From contig CAWAHR010000001.1 of NCBI GenBank assembly GCA_963781995.1, positions 761,744-825,743 of the forward strand: DNA of 64,000 bases, given 5' to 3'. Below are positions 9,587-18,064 of the stretch, piece after piece. A program made the position numbers and the translations under genes. This DNA comes from an uncultured Acidobacteriota bacterium. Its GTDB lineage: Bacteria > Acidobacteriota > Terriglobia > Acidiferrales > UBA7541. The first letter of the stretch is position 1, and each line of letters begins with the position of its first letter. Under the pieces are notes generated by a model. The model saw only the letters and a list, made by a program, of their open reading frames with translations. It was not told where the DNA came from and ran no database searches.

Positions 9587-11716
9587 ATGTTCGAGCAATT
9601 CGTCGAATGCCGTCACCGTCTTCAGGAATTCTGCAAGCTTCATTATCCGAGCTTGGAATATTTTAGCGGCGGACTAAGCTTTGCCATCTATAGAAGCGAA
9701 ATCGATTCCAAGAATTTTGGCCCCGAGGACGTTAAACACCTAACTTCCAGCGCAACCTGCTACGGCTCTTTGCAAGGATGCCCAGACCGACTTCGTCCTG
9801 GTGACGCCAGAGACATTACTTTCGAATCCCGACGCTACGCGATCGCCGCCTTAAACAGAGACCCTGCCAAATGGACCTCCGACGGTTCGGCTCCAATCTA
9901 CTGCCGCTGCCGGACGCTACCTTTTGTTGTTCATAACATCCCGGAGTGGAATGCAATCATAGAGACCCACATCGAGACCATCCTTAAACAAATGGACGAA
10001 CCCGGAAGGTTCGCTATCGGTGAGGCAGACCCACTAGACAAGCCCAATAAGTGGTATCGCCCCAACGCGTACCACACTTACTGGGCACTCGAGTTGATAA
10101 ACTCAGTTCGTGTAAAGAACCCGCGACAATATGAGAAACTTGAAGCTAGATTGGAGGTGGGCAGGCGCGTCGCGCAGATGGAGGACTGGGCGCGTGCGGC
10201 TTTGGGCTATCAAGTCTCACTACACTCAGCTGGCTCGACACTGCTCGACTCTGACCAACTCGCTTGGGCTCTGGCAATCCTCACGCGGTCACCACAGACT
10301 TTTCGCTCAAATCCAGCGGAGCAAGACTTTATCAGACACGCCTACAAGTGTCTCTTCGGAACGCAACAGAAAAACGGAAGCTGGCAGCACTATGCTCCAC
10401 TCTTTCATTATGTTGATACCGGAAATGCATATTGCTATATATTTGAAAGTTTTGCGTCGTTACTCAAGCACGCACTTGCGACGGGTGCTGAATTCATTCG
10501 CACAGTACTCAAAGACAATTTCTCGGACTTAGTTGAGCTTTGGGAATACGCGCAGTCGATTCAAGTTGTCATACCGGGGAAGAACAAGGCTCTAGCATGG
10601 TCATCCGGCCACAGGACAAATAACGCAGATGTGGAAAGCTGGGCAACAGCCAGCGTATTCGCTTACGCGCAGTCTCTCCGTCGTTTAGTGGGCATTTGGA
10701 CTCGCGAAGAAGCTCTCGCTAATTTGCCAAGGCGAACCTACTTTACCTCAGTGGCATCCGCTTCCAAAGCTCTCGAGGAGAGAACCCGAACCTGGACTTC
10801 CGATAATGAACTGACCGACAAACTAAAAAGCCTGTTTATCACCCCGGCGGTAGATAAGAGCCCGTACGATCTCCTCGAACCGGACAATCTCCCAATCGAT
10901 GAAAATTCTGCACGCTCAGCAATCCTGTTCGGCCCACCCGGAGCAAGCAAGACCACAATTGTCAGGGCCTTGGCCGGGGCTATCGGTTGGGATTACGTTG
11001 AATTACACGCTAGTCACTTCGTTGCAAACGGCCTGCCAAACGTTCAAAGCAAGGCAGACGAGATCTTCGCCTACCTAATGGAGCTTGATCATGCAATCGT
11101 CCTGTTCGACGAAATCGACGAATTGGTTCGAGAAAGAGAGGACGAACCGGATGCCTTTGGCCGATTTCTCACAACTAGTATGCTGCCGAAGCTGGCGGAA
11201 CTGTGGAAGAGCCGCAAAATCATGTACTTCATTGCATCGAATCACATTGGCTACTTTGATCGAGCCATCATACGAAGCGAACGATTCGATGCTGTAATCT
11301 TCGTCAGCCCACCCTCCTTTGAGGCGAAACGGGAGGAGCTGCTAAAGCTCTTTCTCGAGAGGCACGGAAAGACAGTGAGCTTCGATGTTCCAAAAACCAT
11401 TATCGACCGGGCCATGCCTAAGTTTAAATCCAATGCAGATCCGAAAACTCTGGCAAAGAAAGCGTTGTCACCTGCCCATGCTCTGGCAAAATTTGTCCTG
11501 TTACGCTGGGATGAATTAGCAGAACTCGCCTACTACCTAAACATCTCCATCCCTGAAGGCGGCAAAATTGAGAAAGAAGATCTCAAGGGCGCCTTACAGT
11601 TGCTTCGCGACGGCCGATGGAGAACACAACGGGAATATTTTGAATATGTGCGGGGGCCCGCTTACGAACGCAGAGACTTTGGAAAGACACGCAAGTGGGA
11701 CGTCAGCAATCCCTGA
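9587..11716 (+). CDS. AAA+ ATPase with a large N-terminal helical domain resembling a prenyltransferase/squalene-cyclase alpha-toroid
   Basis: Walker A GPPGASKTT, Walker B IVLFDEIDELV, SRH IASNH..FDRAIIRSERFD. N-terminal region has TQQKNGSW (QW-repeat-like). Confidence 0.8.
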   Translation: MFEQFVECRHRLQEFCKLHYPSLEYFSGGLSFAIYRSEIDSKNFGPEDVKHLTSSATCYGSLQGCPDRLRPGDARDITFESRRYAIAALNRDPAKWTSDGSAPIYCRCRTLPFVVHNIPEWNAIIETHIETILKQMDEPGRFAIGEADPLDKPNKWYRPNAYHTYWALELINSVRVKNPRQYEKLEARLEVGRRVAQMEDWARAALGYQVSLHSAGSTLLDSDQLAWALAILTRSPQTFRSNPAEQDFIRHAYKCLFGTQQKNGSWQHYAPLFHYVDTGNAYCYIFESFASLLKHALATGAEFIRTVLKDNFSDLVELWEYAQSIQVVIPGKNKALAWSSGHRTNNADVESWATASVFAYAQSLRRLVGIWTREEALANLPRRTYFTSVASASKALEERTRTWTSDNELTDKLKSLFITPAVDKSPYDLLEPDNLPIDENSARSAILFGPPGASKTTIVRALAGAIGWDYVELHASHFVANGLPNVQSKADEIFAYLMELDHAIVLFDEIDELVREREDEPDAFGRFLTTSMLPKLAELWKSRKIMYFIASNHIGYFDRAIIRSERFDAVIFVSPPSFEAKREELLKLFLERHGKTVSFDVPKTIIDRAMPKFKSNADPKTLAKKALSPAHALAKFVLLRWDELAELAYYLNISIPEGGKIEKEDLKGALQLLRDGRWRTQREYFEYVRGPAYERRDFGKTRKWDVSNP

Positions 11717-11729
11717 ATGTCGTTGGCGG

Positions 11730-12189
11730 CATTCGAATAATATACCTACAAATTAATTATTAACTAAGTTACTATTCTTGTGCTATCAAGGATTGTGACA
11801 GTTGGGCGCCAGGCTGTCCGGACCCCACCGGGAACCGTTTCTCCCGCCTCCACCCTTCCGCACATTCGCAAGAATCCAGCTAAGTCCCATGTTTCCGCCA
11901 CTTCAAAACTGATAGAAGCCAAACGACTTCAAGTCCATTCTTTCGATCACTTACAAAAAACAGGGGGGAGGGGGAGATACCACTTGGTACACCCCGCGCA
12001 TCTTCCTGTCCGCAGTGCGCCTCATTTAAATCCAATGATTCCCACACCTGCGATCCGTTCTCCCGTAACCCCAATCATTCCCACACCTACGATCCCCCCG
12101 GGTGGGGGGGTATACCTAGATTTTGCGGATGCCGACCTGAAGGTCGGCCACTACAACGGCAAGAGGGCACGGTTTACCGTGCCCCTACA
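11730..12189 (-). repeat. Composite intergenic repeat cluster, right arm of the island
   Basis: 70 bp core at 11730-11799 is an inverted copy of 7441-7510. Duplicated ccaat[gc]attcccacacct[ga]cgatcc unit at ~12033-12086. GTAG palindromes at 12131-12154 and 12165-12189. Confidence 0.7.
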
Positions 12190-12225
12190 GATAGAGGAGA
12201 CGAAGCGGGCGGCACCAGGCGGCGG

Positions 12226-12396
12226 CTACTTGAGCATTACTTCGCGGGCGAGCCTGCTCATGACCACTTCGCGAAGATCGTTGCGTTTCCTGCCGGCATC
12301 GATCATGGCGTCTCGCGAGCCGTAATGCTTAGCGGCGATGGTTGTTGCTTTGGCGTCGAGGCCGTCGATCGCGGCGTAGTTCGGATACAGGAATCC
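12226..12396 (-). pseudogene. Start-less 3' gene remnant (56 aa)
   Basis: Reads GFLYPNYAAIDGLDAKATTIAAKHYGSRDAMIDAGRKRNDLREVVMSRLAREVMLK* directly after an in-frame TAA at 12397-12399; protein-like composition, no start codon or RBS at its 5' edge. Confidence 0.5.
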
Positions 12397-12459
12397 TTAA
12401 GTCATTCGGGGTAGACTCCCAACTGCGCACTTTAGGCATGTAACGGGAGGAGACAGGTC

Positions 12460-13425
12460 ATGGATATTTTCAAGCAAGGGCGGGGAGAACATTCGGAGTT
12501 CACGCTGCGGCCGCAGATTCCGGGTTTGCGGAATATTGTGATTGGCGCGGTGGTGCTGTTGGTGGTGCTGTTCGTGTTGTCGTTTGCGGTGCGCGTGACG
12601 CGCATAGAAGCGGGCCACGTGGGCGTGGAGATCAACCTGGCGGGGAAGCAGCGCGGCGCTTCGGATATTCCGGTGCGCACGGGCTGGGTGCTGTACTCGC
12701 CGCTGACCACGCAGATCATCGAGTTCCCGACGTACGTGCAGACGGTGAAGTGGACCCGGGACACCAGCGAAGGGCACCCGATCAATGAGGAGATGGGATT
12801 CAATTCCAAGGAGGGGATGGAAATTTTTGTGGACGTTTCGCTTTCGTACGCAATTGATCCAATGAAGGCGCCGGAGTTTTACGTGAAATATCGCGTGGAC
12901 GATTTGGACCGCTTCACGCATGGAATTTTGCGGGACATCGTGCGGAACTCGCTGAACGAAGTGGCGTCGACGTATGTGGTGGAGGACATTTACGGTGAAG
13001 GGAAAGCAGAGTTTCTGCACAAGGTGGAGGCGATGATCGAATCGAAAGTGGCGCCGGTGGGCGTGGGCGTGCAGCAGTTCGGGTTCATTGGAGCGCCGCG
13101 CGTGCCGCAGGTGATCGCGACGGCGATCACGGCCAAGGCGCAAGCGATCCAGCAGGCGGAGCGGGCGCGGAATGAGTTGGCAACGACGCAGGCGGAGGCG
13201 GCGAAGAAGATTGCCGAGGCCGAGGGAGACGCGAAGTCGATGGTGACGCGGGCGCAGGGCGAAGCGGATGCCAACCGGATCCGGCAGAATTCACTGACGC
13301 CGCAATTGCTGGATTTGCGGCGGATTGAGAATTCGCGGGCGCTGATTGACAAGTGGAATGGGCAGTTGCCGACGGTGGAGTCGGGGCAAGGCGGCGGGAT
13401 GATTTTGCAGTTGCCGAAGCCGTAG
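12460..13425 (+). CDS. SPFH/Band 7/prohibitin family protein
   Basis: N-terminal TM, RIEAGHVGVEINL, SPFH core, AQ-rich coiled coil; GGAG RBS. Confidence 0.9.
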   Translation: MDIFKQGRGEHSEFTLRPQIPGLRNIVIGAVVLLVVLFVLSFAVRVTRIEAGHVGVEINLAGKQRGASDIPVRTGWVLYSPLTTQIIEFPTYVQTVKWTRDTSEGHPINEEMGFNSKEGMEIFVDVSLSYAIDPMKAPEFYVKYRVDDLDRFTHGILRDIVRNSLNEVASTYVVEDIYGEGKAEFLHKVEAMIESKVAPVGVGVQQFGFIGAPRVPQVIATAITAKAQAIQQAERARNELATTQAEAAKKIAEAEGDAKSMVTRAQGEADANRIRQNSLTPQLLDLRRIENSRALIDKWNGQLPTVESGQGGGMILQLPKP

Positions 13426-13450
13426 AAGTGAGTGCCGAGTGGCCGGTGGA

Positions 13451-15970
13451 TCAGGAGGAGGCGAGAGCGAATTCGACGCGGCGGCGGATGGGGTCGATGC
13501 GTTCGGCGCGCACGCGGATGCGGTCGCCGAGTTTCCAGGTGAGTTGCAGCGTGGATTTGCGGCGGCCCGGGCGGCGGCCACGGCCGGAATCGCCGCCGGT
13601 TACGGCGACGATGGCGTGGTCGCGCTCGCGATAGACGCAGCGGGCGTCGGCGGCTTCCTCGATGGCGGTGATGGGCAGAAGACCTTCGACGAAAACTTCA
13701 AAGAGCTCGACGAAGCAGCCGTATTTCTGGACGGAGATGATCAGGGCTTCGTATTCGTCGCCGAGATGCTGCTCCATGAACTGCGCGGTTTTCCAACTGA
13801 CGAGTTCGCGCTCGGCGCCGGCGGCGCGGCGCTCGGTTTCGGAAGCTTCCGCGGCGATTTCCTCAAGATGCTTTAAAGAATAGATGGCGGCTTCGGTGCC
13901 AAGCGCGGGCTTGATGTGCGTCGGCGCGGGGGCCTCGGGGTGCGCGAGCGCCCATTTGAGGACTCGATGGACGATCAAGTCGGGATAGCGACGAATCGGC
14001 GAAGTAAAGTGGGTGTATTCCTCGAAACCGAGAGCGAAGTGGCCGAGAGTTTCGGCGGAGTAGCGAGCCTGCTTGAGCGAACGCAGCATGAGGTAGGAAA
14101 GAATGCGCTCCTCGGGTTTGCCGGAGAGCTTTTGCACCAGGCGCTGGTAGTGCTGCGGGGTGAGATTGATGTCCGATGCGGGAAGAACGGCGCGCATCTG
14201 GCGCTCGCGGCCGTGGCCGCGGGTTTCGGGGCGCCCTCCTTTAGCGGGTGAGGGAACTTTGCCGTGGCGGACGGCAACCTCGCGTTGGTGGAGATTTTCT
14301 ACGCCAAGTGAGTAGCCGAAGGCGCGGGCGAGTTCCTCGAATTCGAGGACTTTGCGGGCGTCGGGCATTTCGTGAACGCGATGCAGCGCGTGCAAGCCAC
14401 GCTGAATGAGGTACCGTGCAACGGCGCGATTCGCGGCGAGCATGAATTCCTCAATCAGGCGATGGGCGATGTTGCGTTCGCTGCGGCCGATGTTGGTCAT
14501 TTGCTGCTGGTCGTCGAATTCGATGACCGGTTCGGGAAGATCGAAATCGATGGAGCCGTTTTCGGCGCGACGGGCGTTCAGGAGAAGAGCGAGTCCCTTC
14601 ATGGCGCGGAAGTGGTGGCTCAGATGGGCGTAGCGCTCGGACATTTCGGCGTCGCCTTCGAGAACCTTGTTGACGTTGGTGTAGGTCATGCGCTCGGCGG
14701 AGCGGATGATGCCGGAAGTCATCCAAGAGTTGAGCATGCGGCCGGAGGAATCGAAGTCCATGATCGCGCTGAGGACCAGGCGCTCTTCGCGTGGTTTGAG
14801 GGAGCACATGCCGTTGGAGAGAGCTTCGGGAAGCATGGGAACGGCGCGATCGAGGAAGTAGACGGAATTGCCGCGGAGGCGGGCTTCACGATCGAGCGGG
14901 GATTCGGGCGTGACGTAGTGAGCGACGTCGGCGATGTGCACTTGCAGGAGCCAACCGCCGTCCTCGCGGCGCTCGACGTAGACCGCGTCATCGAAGTCGC
15001 GGGCGGTTTCGCCGTCGATGGTGACGATGGGGAGGCTGCGAAAATCCTCGCGGCCGGGTAGATCGGATTCGGAAACGGGGCGGGCAAGCTGTTCGGCTTC
15101 GTGGGAAACTTCCGGCGGGAAGGTGTGTGGGAGATGGTGCTTGCGGATGATGATCTCGGTATCCACGCCGAGATCGCCGGGGCGGCCGAGAATTTCGATG
15201 ACCCGGCCGACCGGAGCGGCGCCTTCGCGGGCATAACGGACGAGCTCGGCATTGACGACGGCGCCATCGAGTCTCGGGATGTGCGGGAGACGGATGGGTT
15301 TGCCGGCGCGGTCTTTTTCGCCAGGGAAGAATTGTTCGCGCAGAGCGGGAGAAAGTTCATCGCCGGCGGGAAGCTCGATTTCGTGTTGGACGCGAGGATC
15401 GTAAGGAACGACGACGCAGCCGCGGGAAGTGTAGCGGAACAGGCCGACGACGGCGGGGTGGGCGCGGGCAACGACGCGAAGGATGCGGCCTTCGGCGCGG
15501 CGGGCGCCGGGCATGCCACTGAGGCGGGAGATTTTGGCGACGACGTGATCGCCGTGCATGGCGTCTTCGACGTAATCGCGCGGGATGAAGAGGTCTCCAT
15601 CGAGATTCGGGATGGCCACGTCAGGAACCACAAAGCCATAGCCATCCTGGTGCAGGACCAGGCGGCCTCTGATTTCGTCGCGGGAAAACGTTTTGTGCTG
15701 GGGGAATTTTTCGGCGGGCAGTTCGGCGGGTGGCCAGGGCCTTGTGGTGGGCTGTTGCGGGCGGAGAGTCTGACGAAGGAGGAAGCGGCCGTGGGAAAGT
15801 TCTTCGACCAGGCCGCGCTTTTTGAGCTTGGCGAGCATCTGGAGCAGGGCGCGACGGCTGGATTTTTTGACCTGGAGGGAGCGTGAAAGGTCTTCAAGGG
15901 ACACGGCGCTATTCCTAAGTTGCAGAAAACGAAGGATGTTATCAGGACTTAGGTGCGACGGCCGAGACAT
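13451..15970 (-). CDS. rnr: Ribonuclease R
   Basis: N-terminal HTH, cold-shock domains (HQDGYGFV), RNB motifs TIDGETARDFDDAV and HFTSPIRRYPDL, C-terminal S1. Confidence 0.93.
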   Translation of the reverse strand: MSRPSHLSPDNILRFLQLRNSAVSLEDLSRSLQVKKSSRRALLQMLAKLKKRGLVEELSHGRFLLRQTLRPQQPTTRPWPPAELPAEKFPQHKTFSRDEIRGRLVLHQDGYGFVVPDVAIPNLDGDLFIPRDYVEDAMHGDHVVAKISRLSGMPGARRAEGRILRVVARAHPAVVGLFRYTSRGCVVVPYDPRVQHEIELPAGDELSPALREQFFPGEKDRAGKPIRLPHIPRLDGAVVNAELVRYAREGAAPVGRVIEILGRPGDLGVDTEIIIRKHHLPHTFPPEVSHEAEQLARPVSESDLPGREDFRSLPIVTIDGETARDFDDAVYVERREDGGWLLQVHIADVAHYVTPESPLDREARLRGNSVYFLDRAVPMLPEALSNGMCSLKPREERLVLSAIMDFDSSGRMLNSWMTSGIIRSAERMTYTNVNKVLEGDAEMSERYAHLSHHFRAMKGLALLLNARRAENGSIDFDLPEPVIEFDDQQQMTNIGRSERNIAHRLIEEFMLAANRAVARYLIQRGLHALHRVHEMPDARKVLEFEELARAFGYSLGVENLHQREVAVRHGKVPSPAKGGRPETRGHGRERQMRAVLPASDINLTPQHYQRLVQKLSGKPEERILSYLMLRSLKQARYSAETLGHFALGFEEYTHFTSPIRRYPDLIVHRVLKWALAHPEAPAPTHIKPALGTEAAIYSLKHLEEIAAEASETERRAAGAERELVSWKTAQFMEQHLGDEYEALIISVQKYGCFVELFEVFVEGLLPITAIEEAADARCVYRERDHAIVAVTGGDSGRGRRPGRRKSTLQLTWKLGDRIRVRAERIDPIRRRVEFALASS

Positions 15971-16063
15971 GCAATGACCCCTTTCCGGGGAGCGAGGAAA
16001 CGCCCATAGATTCTAGTCATTTTTTTGAAATTGGATGTAACTTTTTTCGGGGTTTGGGAGTTT

Positions 16064-16175
16064 CATAGCCAGGCCAACACACGACCGATTAGCCGCCCTC
16101 CGTCAGGCTAATCGGATTCCCCGATAGGGGAATAACAGGGAGGCGAGAAGACCTGGCTCGCCTCCCTTTCTTTTT
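16064..16175 (+). ncRNA. Candidate stand-alone structured small RNA with its own terminator
   Basis: Hairpins ccgattagcc/ggctaatcgg (16085-16115) and attcccc-gata-ggggaat (16116-16133), then terminator gggaggcgag/ctcgcctccc plus U-tract (16138-16175). No + strand ORF follows. The 5' end is an estimate. Confidence 0.55.
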
Positions 16176-16318
16176 AGTCATCGCCGGATTTCCGCGCTAG
16201 CTGGAGTTATGGGTACGGGGGGAACTTGTCTGTTTAGCCGACTTACCAGGAGTTAGGCGACTCCAGCCACAGTAGTGCGCTGTGTATGGCGGAGTGCTCC
16301 CGAGAGTATACGTTTCAC

Positions 16319-17848
16319 TTAAAGTGAACTGAGAAAAGCGATAAGTTCCGCTTTTTCCTGGTTGGTCAGGTTCATCTGGAACCTTTGGTTGTAGAAGTTC
16401 ACCAACTGGTTCAGATCCTGAGCCGCGCCGTTATGAAAATAAGGGGCACGCGCCGCGAGCCCACGCAGGATCGGGCCCTTGATGCGATTGACGTCGCTGC
16501 ATTTTCCGGTAAGCAGAGCCTTGCCTGGGTCCGTGGTGTAGCTGACATAGGCCGTTGAATCCCCTGGATTCGCAAATGGATTCGGGCAGCCGGTGATCTC
16601 GAAGACCGGCAAGGCGGGGAAACCCAACTGGGAAAGACCATTCGCGATCGATGGATCGGCTTCGTTTGCGGGACTGTGTCCGGTGCCGATATCGAGAGGC
16701 AATGGGAGCGAGTGATTCCCCACATTTGGCGTGTCGTGGCAGGTGGTGCAGGTGCCTTGGATGGAGGCGATGGGAACTGCGCCAAGGGCGGAATTGTCGT
16801 TCAGGCCGCGGACATTCGTGATGGTCAACGCGCGCGTATTGAAGAGCACTTCACCGGCGGCGATCATGCGACGTGCCTCAACCTGATCTTCGCTGTCGCC
16901 GGTGGAATACCCCTGGCGAGAAGGGGCGTTTGCCCAGTTCTGAAAAATCGTGAAAGCAGAGGGATTGAACGGATTTCCGTTGGGATCGTGACCGAGAGAA
17001 TCGTTGGTGCCGGGATGATACTCCTGGGCGTACAAATTCGTAGGGCCGCCGAGGGCGCCGCCACCGGAAAGTAGTCCGGCGCGAAAATCCACCGCCTGCG
17101 CGGAGGTAAGACCCAGCTCGAAATTGACGATCGCCGTCTGTTGATCGGGGGTCGGTGGCGCAAGGGCTTGGGCGTGACCAAGGGTGGCGTCCACTGCCTG
17201 GTGCATGAGATCTGTGACCAGATTGGCGGAAAAAGTTTGGGCATTATTCAACGGTTCAACGGTTTCACGGCCGTCAAACATCACGGCGCTGAGGAAGCGC
17301 AAATTGGTGGAGGGTAGAGGGCGACGGTAAACCGAAATGGTCTGCGCGCCGGTGTTGGGGTCAATGACGTTGGCGCAGCCGTAAGGATCGTACGACGTCG
17401 CGATGGAGAATTCGGGATTGGCGGGGAGTGTCAGAGCAACTCGAATGAGCCCATTGTTGAGAAGGAGGCTGTGGTCCGCAGGATTACTGGGCGAGCCATT
17501 CGGACAATTAGCGCCATCCACGGAGGCAAATAATGGGTCATTACCATGCGAGCGGGCAAAGTGCCGGCGCACGCTGGTAACACTGAGCCCGAAGGCATCG
17601 CTGGAGAGGTGGCAAGTGGAACAGGAACGGCCGTTGGTGCCGAGGCTCAGGAAGAAGGGATTCGTTTTATCGATTGGGCTGGCAGTGTTATAGGTGGCCT
17701 CGAAACCGGTCGGGTCGGAATGGATATCGAGTAGGACCAATGCCGAGGTCCCGACAGAGAAAACCAGCAGGCCTACGGCAGTCAGGCAAGCTCTTTTCTT
17801 GGTGGCAGCGGAACCTAATCTTTGCCTGGCGCCCGGGATGAACCACAT
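16319..17848 (-). CDS. Secreted di-heme cytochrome c peroxidase/MauG-like protein
   Basis: Two CxxCH motifs (CSTCH, CTTCH), VMFDGR, C-terminal LRGLAARAPYFHNG; start set at MWFIP. Confidence 0.8.
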   Translation of the reverse strand: MWFIPGARQRLGSAATKKRACLTAVGLLVFSVGTSALVLLDIHSDPTGFEATYNTASPIDKTNPFFLSLGTNGRSCSTCHLSSDAFGLSVTSVRRHFARSHGNDPLFASVDGANCPNGSPSNPADHSLLLNNGLIRVALTLPANPEFSIATSYDPYGCANVIDPNTGAQTISVYRRPLPSTNLRFLSAVMFDGRETVEPLNNAQTFSANLVTDLMHQAVDATLGHAQALAPPTPDQQTAIVNFELGLTSAQAVDFRAGLLSGGGALGGPTNLYAQEYHPGTNDSLGHDPNGNPFNPSAFTIFQNWANAPSRQGYSTGDSEDQVEARRMIAAGEVLFNTRALTITNVRGLNDNSALGAVPIASIQGTCTTCHDTPNVGNHSLPLPLDIGTGHSPANEADPSIANGLSQLGFPALPVFEITGCPNPFANPGDSTAYVSYTTDPGKALLTGKCSDVNRIKGPILRGLAARAPYFHNGAAQDLNQLVNFYNQRFQMNLTNQEKAELIAFLSSL

Positions 17849-18064
17849 AGTCGTTTTCCTCCATCGCTCAACTTCCGAGGTTTCAAAAGCCGCTGGGACG
17901 GTAGCGCTCCCGCGATTTGTCGCATGCAAGGCTATTCAAGGCAATGGATAGGAAGCGAAATAAATGTGAAGGGCTAACTACCTGAATTCAGGAAGGATGT
18001 GGAGTGCTAGGCTGCTGCAGACGGCGTTTACATTTGGGCCAGTATGTAATACTTTGCGTAACCA

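Noticed and set aside
7441-11799. Island arms as integron attC sites
   Set aside because: I found no RYYYAAC/GTTRRRY pair with attC-like internal symmetry, and there is no integron integrase in the window.
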